64,000 bases of DNA from Tepidisphaera sp. (GTDB lineage: Bacteria; Planctomycetota; Phycisphaerae; Phycisphaerales; UBA1924), in assembly GCA_050916045.1 (NCBI GenBank), contig CP051526.1, forward strand, positions 3,520,001 to 3,584,000, read 5' to 3'. Under the pieces are notes generated by a model. It saw only the letters and a list, made by a program, of their open reading frames with translations, did no database searches and was not told the origin of the DNA. Below, in pieces: positions 10,550 to 21,486 of the stretch (its first letter is position 1; each line of letters begins with the position of its first letter). Position numbers and translations under genes: made by a program.

Positions 10550-11650
10550 CTACCGGTTGGCCGCCACGATCGCGATGATGCCGCCGACCACGATCAGGCC
10601 CGCGATGACGGCGAGAGCGATCTTGATCGCGCTGTACGGCCGCTCACCGCTGAGCTCGCCGGTGGTCGCGTTGATGATGACTCGGTAGGTCTTGCCCCCG
10701 TACCGGTACGCGGTCAGCCATACCGGGAGCAGGATGTGCTTAAAGGTGATGTCGTCGTAGCGCGACTGCTTCGAATTGATGATCTGACGGTCGCCGCCGA
10801 TGTCGCGGCGGATGGTGTCGTCGATGTGCGGCTGGACGCGAACGGTCGCTTCCTGGAAGCCCTGCGGGAGCGTGACGCTGTAGCTTTCCGCCACGAATCC
10901 GGAGAGGTACGCGCCGTCGAAGGGGACGAGTTTATTGAGCGTCCAGGGTTCGAGCGCCTGCACGCGGTCGCGGGGCAGGGAGTGCGAAGCCGCGACGAGC
11001 ACGTCGTCAAAGCGGTCGAGGACCGTGCCCGAAGCCGGATACCAGCGCGTCTTGCGAACCTGCCGCGTGCGAGACTGCGGCCGTCCGTTGACCATCACCG
11101 TGTAGCTTTCCGTCACCCAGTAGTCGATGCCGCGCATCCCGGTGTAGCGGGTGGTGGCTTCCATGTCGTAGGTCCAGTGCGGGAGGTAGACGCCGCGCAG
11201 CTTCTCGTCGATGAAAGCCTGCCGCTTGAGGTCATTTGGGGCGAACCAGAGGGAGTGGAGCCATTTCTCGTAGGCGGCGACGGCGGCGGTCTTGCTGAGG
11301 GCGAAGGGGAGCATCGCCCGCGGCTGGATCAGCTTGACGGATTTGGCTTGGGCGACGATGGGGCTGCCGCAGAAGGCGCACGCTCCGCTGGTGGCCTGGT
11401 TGGCGAGTTGGGAGTGGGCTCCGCAGGCGTCGCAGGTGACCTCGAGCCGCTCGACGGTCGGGGCTTCGCCGGCGGTGTGCTCGAGGTAAGCGTGATAGTC
11501 GAGTTCCTCGATGGCGGCTTGAACCTCTTCCCGCTCGGCTTGGGGAATGTCGTTCAAAGCTCCGCAGTGCTCGCACTGGAGGGAAGTGGTTCCCGGCGCG
11601 AAAGTGAGCTTGGCGCCGCACGCCGCACATGGAAAGTACCGTTCAGCCAT
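10550..11650 (-). CDS. Multi-zinc-ribbon protein with C-terminal membrane anchor (uncharacterised)
   Basis: Four CxxC pairs (CAAC, CEHC, CDAC, CAFC), GVYLPHWTYD, HILLPVW and INATTGELSGERP, then a C-terminal TM helix. ATG taken at 11650. Confidence 0.8.
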   Translation of the reverse strand: MAERYFPCAACGAKLTFAPGTTSLQCEHCGALNDIPQAEREEVQAAIEELDYHAYLEHTAGEAPTVERLEVTCDACGAHSQLANQATSGACAFCGSPIVAQAKSVKLIQPRAMLPFALSKTAAVAAYEKWLHSLWFAPNDLKRQAFIDEKLRGVYLPHWTYDMEATTRYTGMRGIDYWVTESYTVMVNGRPQSRTRQVRKTRWYPASGTVLDRFDDVLVAASHSLPRDRVQALEPWTLNKLVPFDGAYLSGFVAESYSVTLPQGFQEATVRVQPHIDDTIRRDIGGDRQIINSKQSRYDDITFKHILLPVWLTAYRYGGKTYRVIINATTGELSGERPYSAIKIALAVIAGLIVVGGIIAIVAANR

Positions 11651-11724
11651 CGGAAAGGAGGGTACCCCGCCGAGCCAAACTCGTTTCCCTGCCACCGGGG
11701 GGGCGGGGATCGGTAGACTGGGCG

Positions 11725-13839
11725 ATGCTTCTTCCGATGATCCTCTGCGTTCTTTCGACGGTCCAGCCCGAGAAATCCGCGCCCCCGGCGGGCACGCTCC
11801 CGCTTCTGCTCCACGTCACCCCCGACGGCAACGACGCCAACGCGGGGGACTCGCTGGACCGAGCGCTCAAGACGCCGACCGGGGCCCGCAACCGCATTCG
11901 GGCTCTGCGGACGGAGCGCGGCGGAGCCCTGCCCGCGCCGGTGAAGGTGATCATCCAACCCGGCCGGTACGTGCTCAGCGAACCGTGGGTCCTCGAACCG
12001 CAGGATTCCGGGACCGAGCAGTATCCGATTGAATACAAAGCCGCCGGCGCGGTGATGCTCAGCGGCGGCACGCCCCTGAGCGCCTGGCGGACCGCAGAAC
12101 TCAACGGGAAAGCCGTGTGGGCGGCGGATCTACCCAAGGGGTACGCGGCGGTCGGCGACGGCGCGGAGGGAACGCCCTTCCGCTCGCTTTGGATCGCGGG
12201 TGAGCGGCGCACCTGGGCTCGGTATCCCAACGGCGGCGCATACGCCACGATCGACGGGGTGCCGGAGAAGCCTGCGGGCGATTGGCAGATGGGCCCGAAG
12301 TCCTTCGCGTTCGCGGAAGCGGATGCCGCCGCGTGGGCCGCCGCCGAGGGTGCCGAGGTCGTGACCTTCACCCGGTGGATCGACTCGCACCTGCGGCTTG
12401 CTTCGGTCGAGAAAGACAAGCGGCTCGCACGGTTCGAGCGTCCGAACACGATTGCGCTCGAGAAGGGGGACCTGTACATCATCGAGGGAGCCAAGGGGCT
12501 TCTGGATGAACCGGGCGAGTGGTGGTGTGACGCGAAAGCGGGCGTCGTGTACTACATGCCGCTGCCCGGAGAGGACCCCTCCACCGCCGGCGTGGTGCCG
12601 CGTCTGGATCATCTGGTGCGGCTGGAGGGCAACCCCGAGAAGGGCGAGTTCATCCAGCACGTGACGCTCAAGAACATCGGGTTCGCGTACACGCGGTGGT
12701 GGTTCCCCAAGGGATTTGCGACCAATTTCGGCTCCAAGGAAGCGGGCGGCCCCGTGGGGTTCGTGCAAGCCGCCAGCGGGGCGCCGGCGACGGTGCGGCT
12801 GACCGGCGCTCGGAATTTCACGCTCGACGGATGCGTGGTCTTCGGCACCGAGTCCTACGCGATCAGCCTCGGCCGCGGGTGCCAGAACGTGACGCTCAAG
12901 CACTGCGACCTCACCGACCTTGGCGCGGGAGGGGTCACCATCGGCGAAACCTCGATCCGCACCGCGGAGAACGACAAGACCAAGGGGAACGTGGTCGAGG
13001 ATTCGATCATCGAGAACGCCGGCGTGATCCACAGGCAAGCCGTCGGCATCTGGATCGGCCAGAGCCCGGGCAACACGCTTCGGCACAACCGGATCGCCGA
13101 GCTTGACTACACCGGCATCTCCATCGGCTGGACCTGGGGGTACGGCGCGAGCGACGCCGGCGGCAACATCGTCGAGTTCAACGAGGTCGCCCACATCGGC
13201 CGCAGGCCCTTCGCGCCCGGCGGGCCCAAAGCCCAGACCTCGCCCCTGGGCGATCTCGGCGGGATCTACACCCTGGGCACCCAGCACGGCACGATCATCC
13301 GCGACAACTACTTCCACGACATCGCGGGCCGCACGCTCGGCTGGGGCATCTACTTCGACGAAGGGACCACCGGCGTCCTTGCCGAGAACAACGCCGTCCT
13401 GCGCACGAGCCACGGCGGGTTCCACCAGCATTACGGCAAGGACAACATCGTGCGCCAGAATCTGTTCCTCCTCGGCAAGAACGCCGCACTCTGGCGCACG
13501 CGCCGCGAAGATCACAACTCCTTCACCTTCAGCCGCAACGTGGTGGTCGGCGACAGCGAGCCCTTCCTGAACGGCAACTGGGACGGCGGGCTGGTGCTCG
13601 AGTCCAACTGCTACTGGCGGCGGGACGGCAAGCCGATGCGGTTCCCGGGCGACCGGGACCTCGCCGCGTGGCAGGCGGCCGGGATGGACAAGGCGTCAGT
13701 GGTCGCGGACCCGAACTTCACATCCCTTGAAGAGGGCGATTTCTTTCCGGGGGAGATCTCAGGACTGGACGCGATTGGTTTTGATCCGGTGAGTGTTCGG
13801 CGGGTAGGCCCGCGCTCAGTGCCCAAGAAGACCCCGTAA
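11725..13839 (+). CDS. Secreted right-handed parallel beta-helix protein (pectin-lyase-like fold, probable glycan-active enzyme)
   Basis: Signal-like N-terminus, HVTPDGNDANAG, DLGAGGVTIG, YTGISIGWTWG, DLGGIYTLG and GWGIYFDEGT beta-helix repeats. Confidence 0.85.
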   Translation: MLLPMILCVLSTVQPEKSAPPAGTLPLLLHVTPDGNDANAGDSLDRALKTPTGARNRIRALRTERGGALPAPVKVIIQPGRYVLSEPWVLEPQDSGTEQYPIEYKAAGAVMLSGGTPLSAWRTAELNGKAVWAADLPKGYAAVGDGAEGTPFRSLWIAGERRTWARYPNGGAYATIDGVPEKPAGDWQMGPKSFAFAEADAAAWAAAEGAEVVTFTRWIDSHLRLASVEKDKRLARFERPNTIALEKGDLYIIEGAKGLLDEPGEWWCDAKAGVVYYMPLPGEDPSTAGVVPRLDHLVRLEGNPEKGEFIQHVTLKNIGFAYTRWWFPKGFATNFGSKEAGGPVGFVQAASGAPATVRLTGARNFTLDGCVVFGTESYAISLGRGCQNVTLKHCDLTDLGAGGVTIGETSIRTAENDKTKGNVVEDSIIENAGVIHRQAVGIWIGQSPGNTLRHNRIAELDYTGISIGWTWGYGASDAGGNIVEFNEVAHIGRRPFAPGGPKAQTSPLGDLGGIYTLGTQHGTIIRDNYFHDIAGRTLGWGIYFDEGTTGVLAENNAVLRTSHGGFHQHYGKDNIVRQNLFLLGKNAALWRTRREDHNSFTFSRNVVVGDSEPFLNGNWDGGLVLESNCYWRRDGKPMRFPGDRDLAAWQAAGMDKASVVADPNFTSLEEGDFFPGEISGLDAIGFDPVSVRRVGPRSVPKKTP

Positions 13840-13891
13840 AGGCCCATAAACCGCCGCGCGTGCCCCTTGGCTTTGGTACACTCAAACCGTC

Positions 13892-14236
13892 ATGTCCACC
13901 AACTGGTCCGACGACATCATCATTGCCGAACTGACCGACGAGCCTTCTTTGTCGGAGGAATTGGCTGGCGTGATCGAGGGCGTCCGGCAGGGTGAAGGCG
14001 GCAAAGCCCGGCACGTGGTGCTGAATTTCGGCGGGGTCAGCTACGTGAACTCGTCGAATCTCTCTCAGTTGCTGCGGCTGAAGAAGACGGTTGCCGAAGC
14101 GGGCCGGTCGCTGAAGCTTTGCTCGGTGACGGAAGAGGTGTGGTCGGTCTTCAAGACGACGGGGCTGGACAAGGTGTTCCGCTTCGCGCCCGACCCGCTG
14201 ACCGCGCTGGCGAGCTTGCAGCTCGAGCAGAACTGA
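13892..14236 (+). CDS. STAS-domain anti-sigma factor antagonist
   Basis: 114 aa; VVLNFGGVSYVNSSNLSQLL and VFKTTGLDKVF. Confidence 0.88.
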   Translation: MSTNWSDDIIIAELTDEPSLSEELAGVIEGVRQGEGGKARHVVLNFGGVSYVNSSNLSQLLRLKKTVAEAGRSLKLCSVTEEVWSVFKTTGLDKVFRFAPDPLTALASLQLEQN

Positions 14237-14311
14237 TCAGCATCCCACCGGTTTGAGCGTTCGAGAAAGCCGTGTCGCATCCGCACGGCGCGGGTCCGGT
14301 AGGATCATCGC

Positions 14312-15091
14312 GTGACGACCGCCGCCGAAGACATTCCCTCCGCCGCAACGCCGCAGAAGGCGAGGATGGCCCGCCGCGACCCGGACACGAGCGTTCCGCC
14401 GGTGGTGGAGATCCGCGGCTTGCGGAAGGTGTACTACAAGCCGGACGGTTCGATCATGGCCGAGGCGCTGCGGGGCGTGGACGTGGTGGTCCATCGGGGC
14501 GATTACGTCGCGATCATGGGGCCCAGCGGCTCGGGCAAGTCGACGCTTTTGACGCTTCTGGGCTGCCTGGATCGCCCGACGGACGGGACGTTTCTGCTCG
14601 GCGGCCGCGATGTGCGGACGATGGGCGATGAGGAACTCTCGCGGTTTCGCGGGAAGACGGTTGGGTTCGTCTTTCAGTCGTTCAATCTGATCATGCAGCA
14701 CACTGTGCTCGAGAACGTGGGCGTGCCGCTTTTCTATCAGGGTGTGCCTCCGAAGGAACGGAACGCCCGTGCGGAAAAGACGCTTGCGCTGGTGGGTCTT
14801 GAGGACCGGATGGACCACCGTCCGATGCAGCTTTCGGGCGGACAGCAGCAGCGCGTGGCGGTGGCGAGGGCTCTTGTGACGGACCCACTGATTCTGCTCG
14901 CGGACGAACCGACGGGCAACCTGGACACCAAGACGGGCCAGCAGATCCTGGCACTCTTTGACGACCTGCACGAGAAGGGCGTGACGATCATCCTGGTGAC
15001 GCACGACCCGGGCGTGGCGGACCGGTGTCGGCGGGTGATCCGCCTGCGTGACGGGCTGGTTGAGAGCGATCTGGTGAACACCCCGGCTTAG
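14312..15091 (+). CDS. ABC transporter ATP-binding protein (LolD/MacB-like)
   Basis: [43 protein letters not shown] and VTHD. Confidence 0.93.
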   Translation: MTTAAEDIPSAATPQKARMARRDPDTSVPPVVEIRGLRKVYYKPDGSIMAEALRGVDVVVHRGDYVAIMGPSGSGKSTLLTLLGCLDRPTDGTFLLGGRDVRTMGDEELSRFRGKTVGFVFQSFNLIMQHTVLENVGVPLFYQGVPPKERNARAEKTLALVGLEDRMDHRPMQLSGGQQQRVAVARALVTDPLILLADEPTGNLDTKTGQQILALFDDLHEKGVTIILVTHDPGVADRCRRVIRLRDGLVESDLVNTPA

Positions 15092-15149
15092 GTTCGGTTG
15101 CGGCTCGTGAGAGCCGGTCGCTGACGCTCGCGGCTCGTTACGATCGTTC

Positions 15150-15794
15150 ATGGAATTCAATCCCGAAGCGATGACGCAGGCGGACCGGTACAAGCTGATG
15201 ATCGGGTCGATCGTGCCGCGGCCGATCGCTTGGGTGTCGACGGTGTCCCCCGATGGGAAGGACAATCTCGCGCCCTTCTCGTTCTTCTGCGGCGTGGGGA
15301 GCGATCCGATGACGCTCCTCTTCTGCCCCGCGAACAAGCCCGACGGAACTGAGAAGGACTCGCTCCTGAACGCCAAGCCCGCCGACGAGGGAGGCACGGG
15401 CGAATTCGTCGTGAACATCGTGAGCGATGCGCTCGGGCAGGCTATGGCGTGGTGCGCGACGATCCTGCCGCACGGCGAAAGTGAGTTCGACATGCCCGAG
15501 GTCAGATCGCTGGGCATCACGCGAGCGCCGTCGCGGATGGTCAAGCCTCCGCGCGTGGCCCAAAGCCCGGTGAGCTTTGAATGCCGCACGATGCAGGTCA
15601 TCAGGACCAATCCTGGGGTCGCTTCGGGTGGGAACATCGTGCTCGGCCGCGTCGTGCACATCCACGCCGCGGACGGCCTGGTCAACGAGCGGCACCATGT
15701 CGACCCGGTCAAGCTGGACGCGGTGGGGCGAATGGGCGGCCTTTCGTACTGCCGGACGCGGGATCGGTTCGATCTTCCGATGGGACGCGGCTGA
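15150..15794 (+). CDS. Flavin reductase-like (DIM6/NTAB family) protein
   Basis: IVPRPIAWVST, NLAPFSFF, KDSLLNA, GEFVVNIV and VGRMGG. Confidence 0.88.
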   Translation: MEFNPEAMTQADRYKLMIGSIVPRPIAWVSTVSPDGKDNLAPFSFFCGVGSDPMTLLFCPANKPDGTEKDSLLNAKPADEGGTGEFVVNIVSDALGQAMAWCATILPHGESEFDMPEVRSLGITRAPSRMVKPPRVAQSPVSFECRTMQVIRTNPGVASGGNIVLGRVVHIHAADGLVNERHHVDPVKLDAVGRMGGLSYCRTRDRFDLPMGRG

Positions 15795-15839
15795 AGCGGC
15801 CGAGCGGTTGCGTGAGCGCCGCGGGCTACCCTCAGATCT

Positions 15840-17138
15840 ATGAAATTCGACCTCGCCGCCCGCCGCGAACGCATCGCCAAAGCTCTTGACCTCAAGGATG
15901 AAGTCCTGCTCATCGGAGCCGGCGAACCCGTCGGCATGCCGGGCGGCCAAGACCAGACCTACCCCTTCGTCTCGCACGCGGAGTACTTCTACCTGACGGA
16001 CGCGGAATGCGAGGGTGGCGTCGTCGCCTTTGACCCCAAGGACGGGTACAGGTCCGGATGGACGGACTTCGTCCCGGTCGTGACGCAAAGCCAGAGGGTC
16101 TGGGAAGGCCGCGACCAGGTGCCGGGCACGCCGCTCCCCGAGCTCGCCGCGTGGATGGCGGCGCGGCGCGGGCGGCCGGTGGTCATGCTCGGAACACCGC
16201 TCGCGGGAATCAAGCACGACGCACGGCGGTCGGAGGAGGTCCGCGAGGTCTTCACGCACGCGCGGCGCCCCAAGGAAGCGGCGGAGATCGCCCGCATGAA
16301 GCAGGCCGTGGCCGCGACCGCTCCGGCGTACGCGCGGGTGCGGGCGCTGCTCGCGGAAGCCGCATCGGGCGCGTGCATCTCCGAGCGTCTGCTCAAGGCC
16401 GAGATCGAGTGCGCTTTCGGCCGCCACCACGGCGACGGCCCCGCGTACGGGACGATCGTGGGCGTTGCGAGCAACGGAGCGGTGCTCCACTTTGACCCCA
16501 CCGAGCGGGCCGCGAAGCCGGGCGACCTGGTGCTGATCGATGCGGGTTCGCTCGTGAACCGGTACGCGTCGGACGTGACGCGGACCTTCGCGTGCGGGCC
16601 GGTGGATACGGCTCGCAAGGAGCTGCACGCGCTCGTACACCGCGCGTTCGAGCGGGCGATTGCTCGCTGCGTGATCGGAGCGGAGTGGATCGATGTGCAC
16701 GTGGGCGCGGCGGTCGACATGGCCGAGGGGCTGGTGCAGATGGGCGTGCTGAAGGGGTCGGCGACCTCGGCGGTTGAGAGCGGGGCGATGGGCCTGTTCT
16801 ATCCGCACGGTTTGGGCCACCTGATCGGGCTTGGTGTGCGCGATGCGAGCGGGCGGATGCCGGGGCGCGTGCCGAGCAAGCGGGCGGGCGTGATCACGAT
16901 CCGCTGCGATTTCCCGCTCGCGGCGGGGTACACGATCACGGTCGAGCCGGGGTGCTACTTCATCGCGCCGCTTCTGAACGACCCTGAGAACCGCTCCAAG
17001 CACAAGGACTCTGTGAACTGGGGGATGGTCGACACGCTGCTTGCAAGCGGGATCGGCGGCGTGCGGATCGAGGACAACATCCACATCACGGAGAAGGGCC
17101 CGGAGAATCTGACCGGGGCGATTCCGACGGGGATGTGA
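15840..17138 (+). CDS. Xaa-Pro aminopeptidase (M24B family)
   Basis: VLHF, LIDAG..YASDVTRT, HGLGHLIGLGVRD, TVEPGCYF and GVRIEDNI. Confidence 0.9.
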   Translation: MKFDLAARRERIAKALDLKDEVLLIGAGEPVGMPGGQDQTYPFVSHAEYFYLTDAECEGGVVAFDPKDGYRSGWTDFVPVVTQSQRVWEGRDQVPGTPLPELAAWMAARRGRPVVMLGTPLAGIKHDARRSEEVREVFTHARRPKEAAEIARMKQAVAATAPAYARVRALLAEAASGACISERLLKAEIECAFGRHHGDGPAYGTIVGVASNGAVLHFDPTERAAKPGDLVLIDAGSLVNRYASDVTRTFACGPVDTARKELHALVHRAFERAIARCVIGAEWIDVHVGAAVDMAEGLVQMGVLKGSATSAVESGAMGLFYPHGLGHLIGLGVRDASGRMPGRVPSKRAGVITIRCDFPLAAGYTITVEPGCYFIAPLLNDPENRSKHKDSVNWGMVDTLLASGIGGVRIEDNIHITEKGPENLTGAIPTGM

Positions 17139-18314
17139 TCACTCCCCAAACAGCGCCGGCAGCTTGACGACGCGCGAACCCTTCGAGTCCGCGACGGCCA
17201 TGCTGCCGCCGGGGTGGAGGCAGGCGCCGCCCCAGGCGCCATCCTTGCGGAGGGCGTAAAAGCTGGCGTTGAAGTTCGGCCGGCCCTTGGCGTCGCGGAG
17301 CCGCTTTTCCTTGGTGTGGTCGGCGACCTTTTTCGCCGTCGCGAGGGCGGCTTCGGCGGGCGAGAGGCCGCGTTCCATCATCATGACGATGGTGTGGGCG
17401 GCGAGGTTGGCGATGCACGCTTCGCCGCGGCCGGTGCAGCCGCCGGCGCCGACATCGTTGTCGCAGTAGTTGCCCGCGCCGACGATCGGCGAGTCGCCGA
17501 CGCGGCCGGGGATCTTCCACGAGAGGCCGCTGGTGCTGGTACAGCTGGCGATGTCCTTCTTCTCGGTGACGATCGAGCAGTGCACGGTGCCGTAGGTGAA
17601 CGAGGGGTCCCAGTTGAGCGCGAGCTGGCCGGGCTGGTCGAAGGGCTTGCCCACGAGCGCGTCGCGCTCGTCGTCGTTGAGCCAGTCGTCCTCCTTGCTC
17701 ATGTTCTCGCGCCAGTGCTGCCAGGCTTGGCGAGATTTCTCGGTGAGGAGGTTCTCTTCGGGGAAGCCCATCTGCTTGGCGAACTTGAGCGCCCCCTCGC
17801 CGACGAGCAGACAGTGGTCCGTGCGGCGGAGGACGAGCAGGGCGACCTGGGCGGGGTTCTTGATGTTGCGGATGCTCGCGACCGCACCGGATTTGTGCGT
17901 GGGGCCGTACATCACGGAAGCGTCGAGCTCGACGATGCCGTCGGCGTTGGGCTGGCCGCCGTAGCCGACCGAGTCATCTTCCGGGTCATCCTCGATGATC
18001 TTGACACCCTGCACGATGCAGTCGGCGGGGTCGATGCCCTGGGCGAGAAGCTCGCGGGCCCGCACCGCCGCTCGAAGACCGTTTCCGGAAGAGATGCAGC
18101 AGACGCCGCGATGATCGGTGCCCATCGGCTCGCCGGCAACGCCGGGCTGGCCGCGCCAGGGTTCGCCGGTGGGCGGCGTGGCGGGCTGATTGGCGGGCTG
18201 GGCCGGCTGGGCGATCGCGTTTGTGGCGACGGCACCGGCGGCAAAGGAAGCACCGGCGGCGAGGAATGAGCGGCGAGAAGGCTGGGCGGTGGGACGGGAT
18301 GGGGGTCGGGTCAT
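17139..18314 (-). CDS. N(4)-(beta-N-acetylglucosaminyl)-L-asparaginase / asparaginase-2 family, Tat-exported
   Basis: Twin-arginine signal SRRSFL. SVGYGG, ELDASVM, the GTV autocleavage site, TSTSGL and GRVGDSPIVGAG. Confidence 0.9.
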   Translation of the reverse strand: MTRPPSRPTAQPSRRSFLAAGASFAAGAVATNAIAQPAQPANQPATPPTGEPWRGQPGVAGEPMGTDHRGVCCISSGNGLRAAVRARELLAQGIDPADCIVQGVKIIEDDPEDDSVGYGGQPNADGIVELDASVMYGPTHKSGAVASIRNIKNPAQVALLVLRRTDHCLLVGEGALKFAKQMGFPEENLLTEKSRQAWQHWRENMSKEDDWLNDDERDALVGKPFDQPGQLALNWDPSFTYGTVHCSIVTEKKDIASCTSTSGLSWKIPGRVGDSPIVGAGNYCDNDVGAGGCTGRGEACIANLAAHTIVMMMERGLSPAEAALATAKKVADHTKEKRLRDAKGRPNFNASFYALRKDGAWGGACLHPGGSMAVADSKGSRVVKLPALFGE

Positions 18315-18338
18315 GGCCCGAGCATACCAGAAGCGGGC

Positions 18339-19004
18339 TCAGGCGGCGGAGGCTTTGAGCGAAGCGGATTTGACGTAAACGACGTGGGGGACCCACTCGC
18401 CGTGAAGTTTGACGGTGGTCGCGGCTTTGGGGTCCACGTGCATGCCGACGCGTTCGGCCAAGCGGCGGCTTGGGGCGTTGTCGGGGTGCAGCATGGCGAC
18501 GACGCGGAGGAGGCCCAGACCCGAGCCGCCGGTGAACCGGTCGCCGGTGGCGTATTCGAGCAGGCCGCGGACGCCCTCGGTGCCCAGGCCCATCCCGGCG
18601 AGGTTGGAGCGGATCCACCAGGACGCTTCGCCGCGGAACTCAAGCCCGCGGTCGATGTCGTTGAGGTTGAAGCAGCCGACGAACTTGCCATCTTCGAAGA
18701 ACGCCGCCAAGCGGCAGGAGCGGCCGGTGGCGGAGCCGCGGCGTGTGAGTTCCATCTGACGCTCGAAGACCGCGCCGTCGGAGTCGCCGGGTTGCCAGAG
18801 GTCGAAGTAGGGCTCGAGCTCGGCTCGGCTTTCGCGGATCGCGGCGAGGAACTGGTCGCGGTCGTCGTCCGTGAGCGGGCGGAGGACCAGCCTGGGAGTT
18901 TTGAGCCGGTCGGGCCCCAGGATCTCGATGGCCCGCTTGGGAGCCATGCGGGCCAGCTTCTCACGAACGGACATCATGCGCGGGTTGGTTGGACGCTCTT
19001 CCAT
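18339..19004 (-). CDS. GNAT N-acetyltransferase, RimJ/RimL type
   Basis: KTPRLVLRPL, GMGLGTEGV, NAPSRRLAERVG and GEWVPH. The ATG at 19004 has an upstream GAGG. Confidence 0.85.
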   Translation of the reverse strand: MEERPTNPRMMSVREKLARMAPKRAIEILGPDRLKTPRLVLRPLTDDDRDQFLAAIRESRAELEPYFDLWQPGDSDGAVFERQMELTRRGSATGRSCRLAAFFEDGKFVGCFNLNDIDRGLEFRGEASWWIRSNLAGMGLGTEGVRGLLEYATGDRFTGGSGLGLLRVVAMLHPDNAPSRRLAERVGMHVDPKAATTVKLHGEWVPHVVYVKSASLKASAA

Positions 19005-19138
19005 GCGAGTACCTCGGTGCGGGTATCGGGCAGGCGAGGCGCGGAGCAAGAGCGGATGGTTATCGCCCGGGCCGAGAACGCGCCGGAGGCGAAGCAGCGG
19101 CGGAGCGGAGCGTTCTTGCCGCATCTTCTCGGACGCGG

Positions 19139-19660
19139 TCAGGGGGGTGAGGATCCGACGACGTCGGGAATGAACGGGCTGGTCCAGCGTTCCTTGGGGG
19201 CTCGCTGAGCGTTTTTCACGAGCGTCCACGCGTTCGCAAGGTCGGAGCGGTCGCCGGGCCAGTCGGGAGCGATCTGTCCGTCGGGCGAGAAGATCATGGC
19301 TTGGACGCCATTTTCATCCGCTTCCAGTGCGCACCAGAGCTCGTAATCCAGACCGTCCTGAGTCGCGCGGTAGAACCAGCGGAAAGCGGGCTCGGGGAAG
19401 AGCGCGGTGCTGAGCTTGTCCGGATAGCGACCTTGGCGGGCTCGCTCGCTTTCCAACGTCACCAGCGTGAGCTGTTTCGCGTCGAGTTGGCGGCTGAAGA
19501 TCTGCTCGCTGCGGACGTAGTCTCGGTCCTGGGCGACGAACCACGCGACGATGAGCCAACCGAGCGCGAGAAGGAGGAATGGCGCGGCGATGATCGCGAC
19601 AGTGGCTCGGCGCATGCTTGCGAGTTCCCTTGCTGGCGCGGCGGGCTCGTGGCGGATCAC
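19139..19660 (-). CDS. Hypothetical single-TM membrane protein
   Basis: TM segment VAIIAAPFLLLALGWLIVAWFVA and GRYPDKL. The start overlaps the glmS stop; an alternative ATG lies at 19615. Confidence 0.6.
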   Translation of the reverse strand: MIRHEPAAPARELASMRRATVAIIAAPFLLLALGWLIVAWFVAQDRDYVRSEQIFSRQLDAKQLTLVTLESERARQGRYPDKLSTALFPEPAFRWFYRATQDGLDYELWCALEADENGVQAMIFSPDGQIAPDWPGDRSDLANAWTLVKNAQRAPKERWTSPFIPDVVGSSPP

Positions 19661-21486
19661 TCCACCGTGACGCTCTTGGCGAGGTTCCGCGGCTTGTCGA
19701 CGTCGTGGCCGCGGAAGACGGCGGCGTGGTAGGCCATGAGTTGGAGGGGGATCACGGCAAGCATGGGGCTGAGGGGTTCGGGGATGTCGGGGATGTAGAG
19801 GACATCCTCGGCATACTTCTTGATCTGGTCGTCGCCTTCGGTGGCGACGGCGATGACGTGGCCGCCGCGGCTCTTGACTTCCTGGATGTTGGACATCACC
19901 TTCTCGTACTGGCGGCCTCGGTTGGCGATGAAGACGGCGGGCATGCCTTCGTTGATGAGGGCGATGGGGCCGTGCTTCATCTCAGCCGCGGGCATGCCCT
20001 CGGCGTGGATGTACGAGATTTCCTTGAGCTTGAGGGCGCCTTCGAGAGCGGTCGGGTAGTTGTATCCGCGGCCGAGAAAGAGCCAGTTTTCGCGGTGGCA
20101 GTACTTCTCGGTGACTTCCTTGATCCGCTTGTCCTGCTCGAGGATGCGTTCGATCTTGCCCGGGATGCTCTGCATCTGCTGAAGCATTTCGGCGCACTGG
20201 TCGGCGGACATGTACCGGCGGCGGGCAAGGTAGAGAGCGATGAGCGTGAGGACGGCGACTTGGCCGGTGAAAGCTTTGGTTGACGCGACGCCGATCTCGG
20301 GGCCGACGCGGAGGTAGACACCTGCGTCGGTCTCGCGGCTGATGGTCGAACCGACGACGTTGATGACGCCGAGGGAGAGGGCTCCGCGGTCCTTGGCTTC
20401 GTGGAGAGCGGCGAGGGTGTCGGCGGTCTCGCCGGACTGGCTCACGGCGATCGCGACGGTGTTTTCCTCGATGATCGGGTTACGGTAGCGGAACTCGCTG
20501 GCGTACTCGGCGACGGCGGGGACCTTGACGAGGTCTTCGAGAAGGTATTCGCCGATCATGGCGGCGTGGAGTGCCGTGCCTTGACCGAGAAGGACGACCT
20601 TGCGGGCTTTGGTCAGTTCCTTCGCGAACGCCGAGACGCCGCCCAGAACGACCTTGCCGTCGCGGTCGTCGATGCGGCCGCGGAAGCAGTTGGTGAGCGA
20701 CTTGGGCTGCTCGAAGATCTCCTTGCGCATGAAGTGCGAGTAGCCGCCGAGCTCGATCTCCTGAAGCTCGAGCTCAAGCTGCATGATCTTGGGCGTGACG
20801 GGGGAGTTGTTGATGTCGGAGGTCTTGAAACCCTGCCGCGTGATCTTGACCACGTTGTAGTCGTCGAGGCTGAACGCTTGCGTCGTGTGGGCGACGATCG
20901 CGGAGGGGTCGGAAGCGACGATGTACTCGCCGTTGCCGACGCCGACCATAAGCGGCGAACCCTTGCGGGCGACGACGAGCGTGCCGGGCTCCTTGGCGCA
21001 GATCACGGCGATGGCGTAGGCGCCCGTGACCTCACGGAGAGCCGCTTGCACGGCGGTCTCGAGGTCGCCCTCGTAAAGCTCGCTGACGAGCATCGAGATC
21101 ACCTCGGTGTCGGTCTGCGAGGAGAAGGTGTGGCCACGTTCCTCAAGCCATGTCTTGACAGCCGCGTAGTTCTCGATGATGCCGTTGTGGATAACGGCGA
21201 TCCCGTGGCGGTCATCCTGATGCGGGTGGGCGTTGAGCTCGGTCACGCCGCCGTGCGTCGCCCAGCGCGTGTGAGCGATGCCGATCGTGCCGCGGAGGCC
21301 GCCCATGTTCTCGAGGCGATCCTCAACATTGCTGACCCGCCCCACCGCCCGAACCACGTGCAAGCCGTCGTCCTCGAGGGTCGCCACGCCCGCGGAGTCG
21401 TAGCCGCGGTACTCAAGCCGCTTGAGACCCTCGATCAGGATGTTCTGGGCGGGCTTGTTCCCGATATACGCGACGATTCCACACAT
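19657..21486 (-). CDS. glmS: Glutamine--fructose-6-phosphate transaminase (isomerizing)
   Basis: The true start MCGIVAY is at 21486 (609 aa). LEYRGYDSAG, HTRWATHG, SQSGETADT and C-terminal PRNLAKSVTVE. Confidence 0.97.
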   Translation of the reverse strand: MCGIVAYIGNKPAQNILIEGLKRLEYRGYDSAGVATLEDDGLHVVRAVGRVSNVEDRLENMGGLRGTIGIAHTRWATHGGVTELNAHPHQDDRHGIAVIHNGIIENYAAVKTWLEERGHTFSSQTDTEVISMLVSELYEGDLETAVQAALREVTGAYAIAVICAKEPGTLVVARKGSPLMVGVGNGEYIVASDPSAIVAHTTQAFSLDDYNVVKITRQGFKTSDINNSPVTPKIMQLELELQEIELGGYSHFMRKEIFEQPKSLTNCFRGRIDDRDGKVVLGGVSAFAKELTKARKVVLLGQGTALHAAMIGEYLLEDLVKVPAVAEYASEFRYRNPIIEENTVAIAVSQSGETADTLAALHEAKDRGALSLGVINVVGSTISRETDAGVYLRVGPEIGVASTKAFTGQVAVLTLIALYLARRRYMSADQCAEMLQQMQSIPGKIERILEQDKRIKEVTEKYCHRENWLFLGRGYNYPTALEGALKLKEISYIHAEGMPAAEMKHGPIALINEGMPAVFIANRGRQYEKVMSNIQEVKSRGGHVIAVATEGDDQIKKYAEDVLYIPDIPEPLSPMLAVIPLQLMAYHAAVFRGHDVDKPRNLAKSVTVE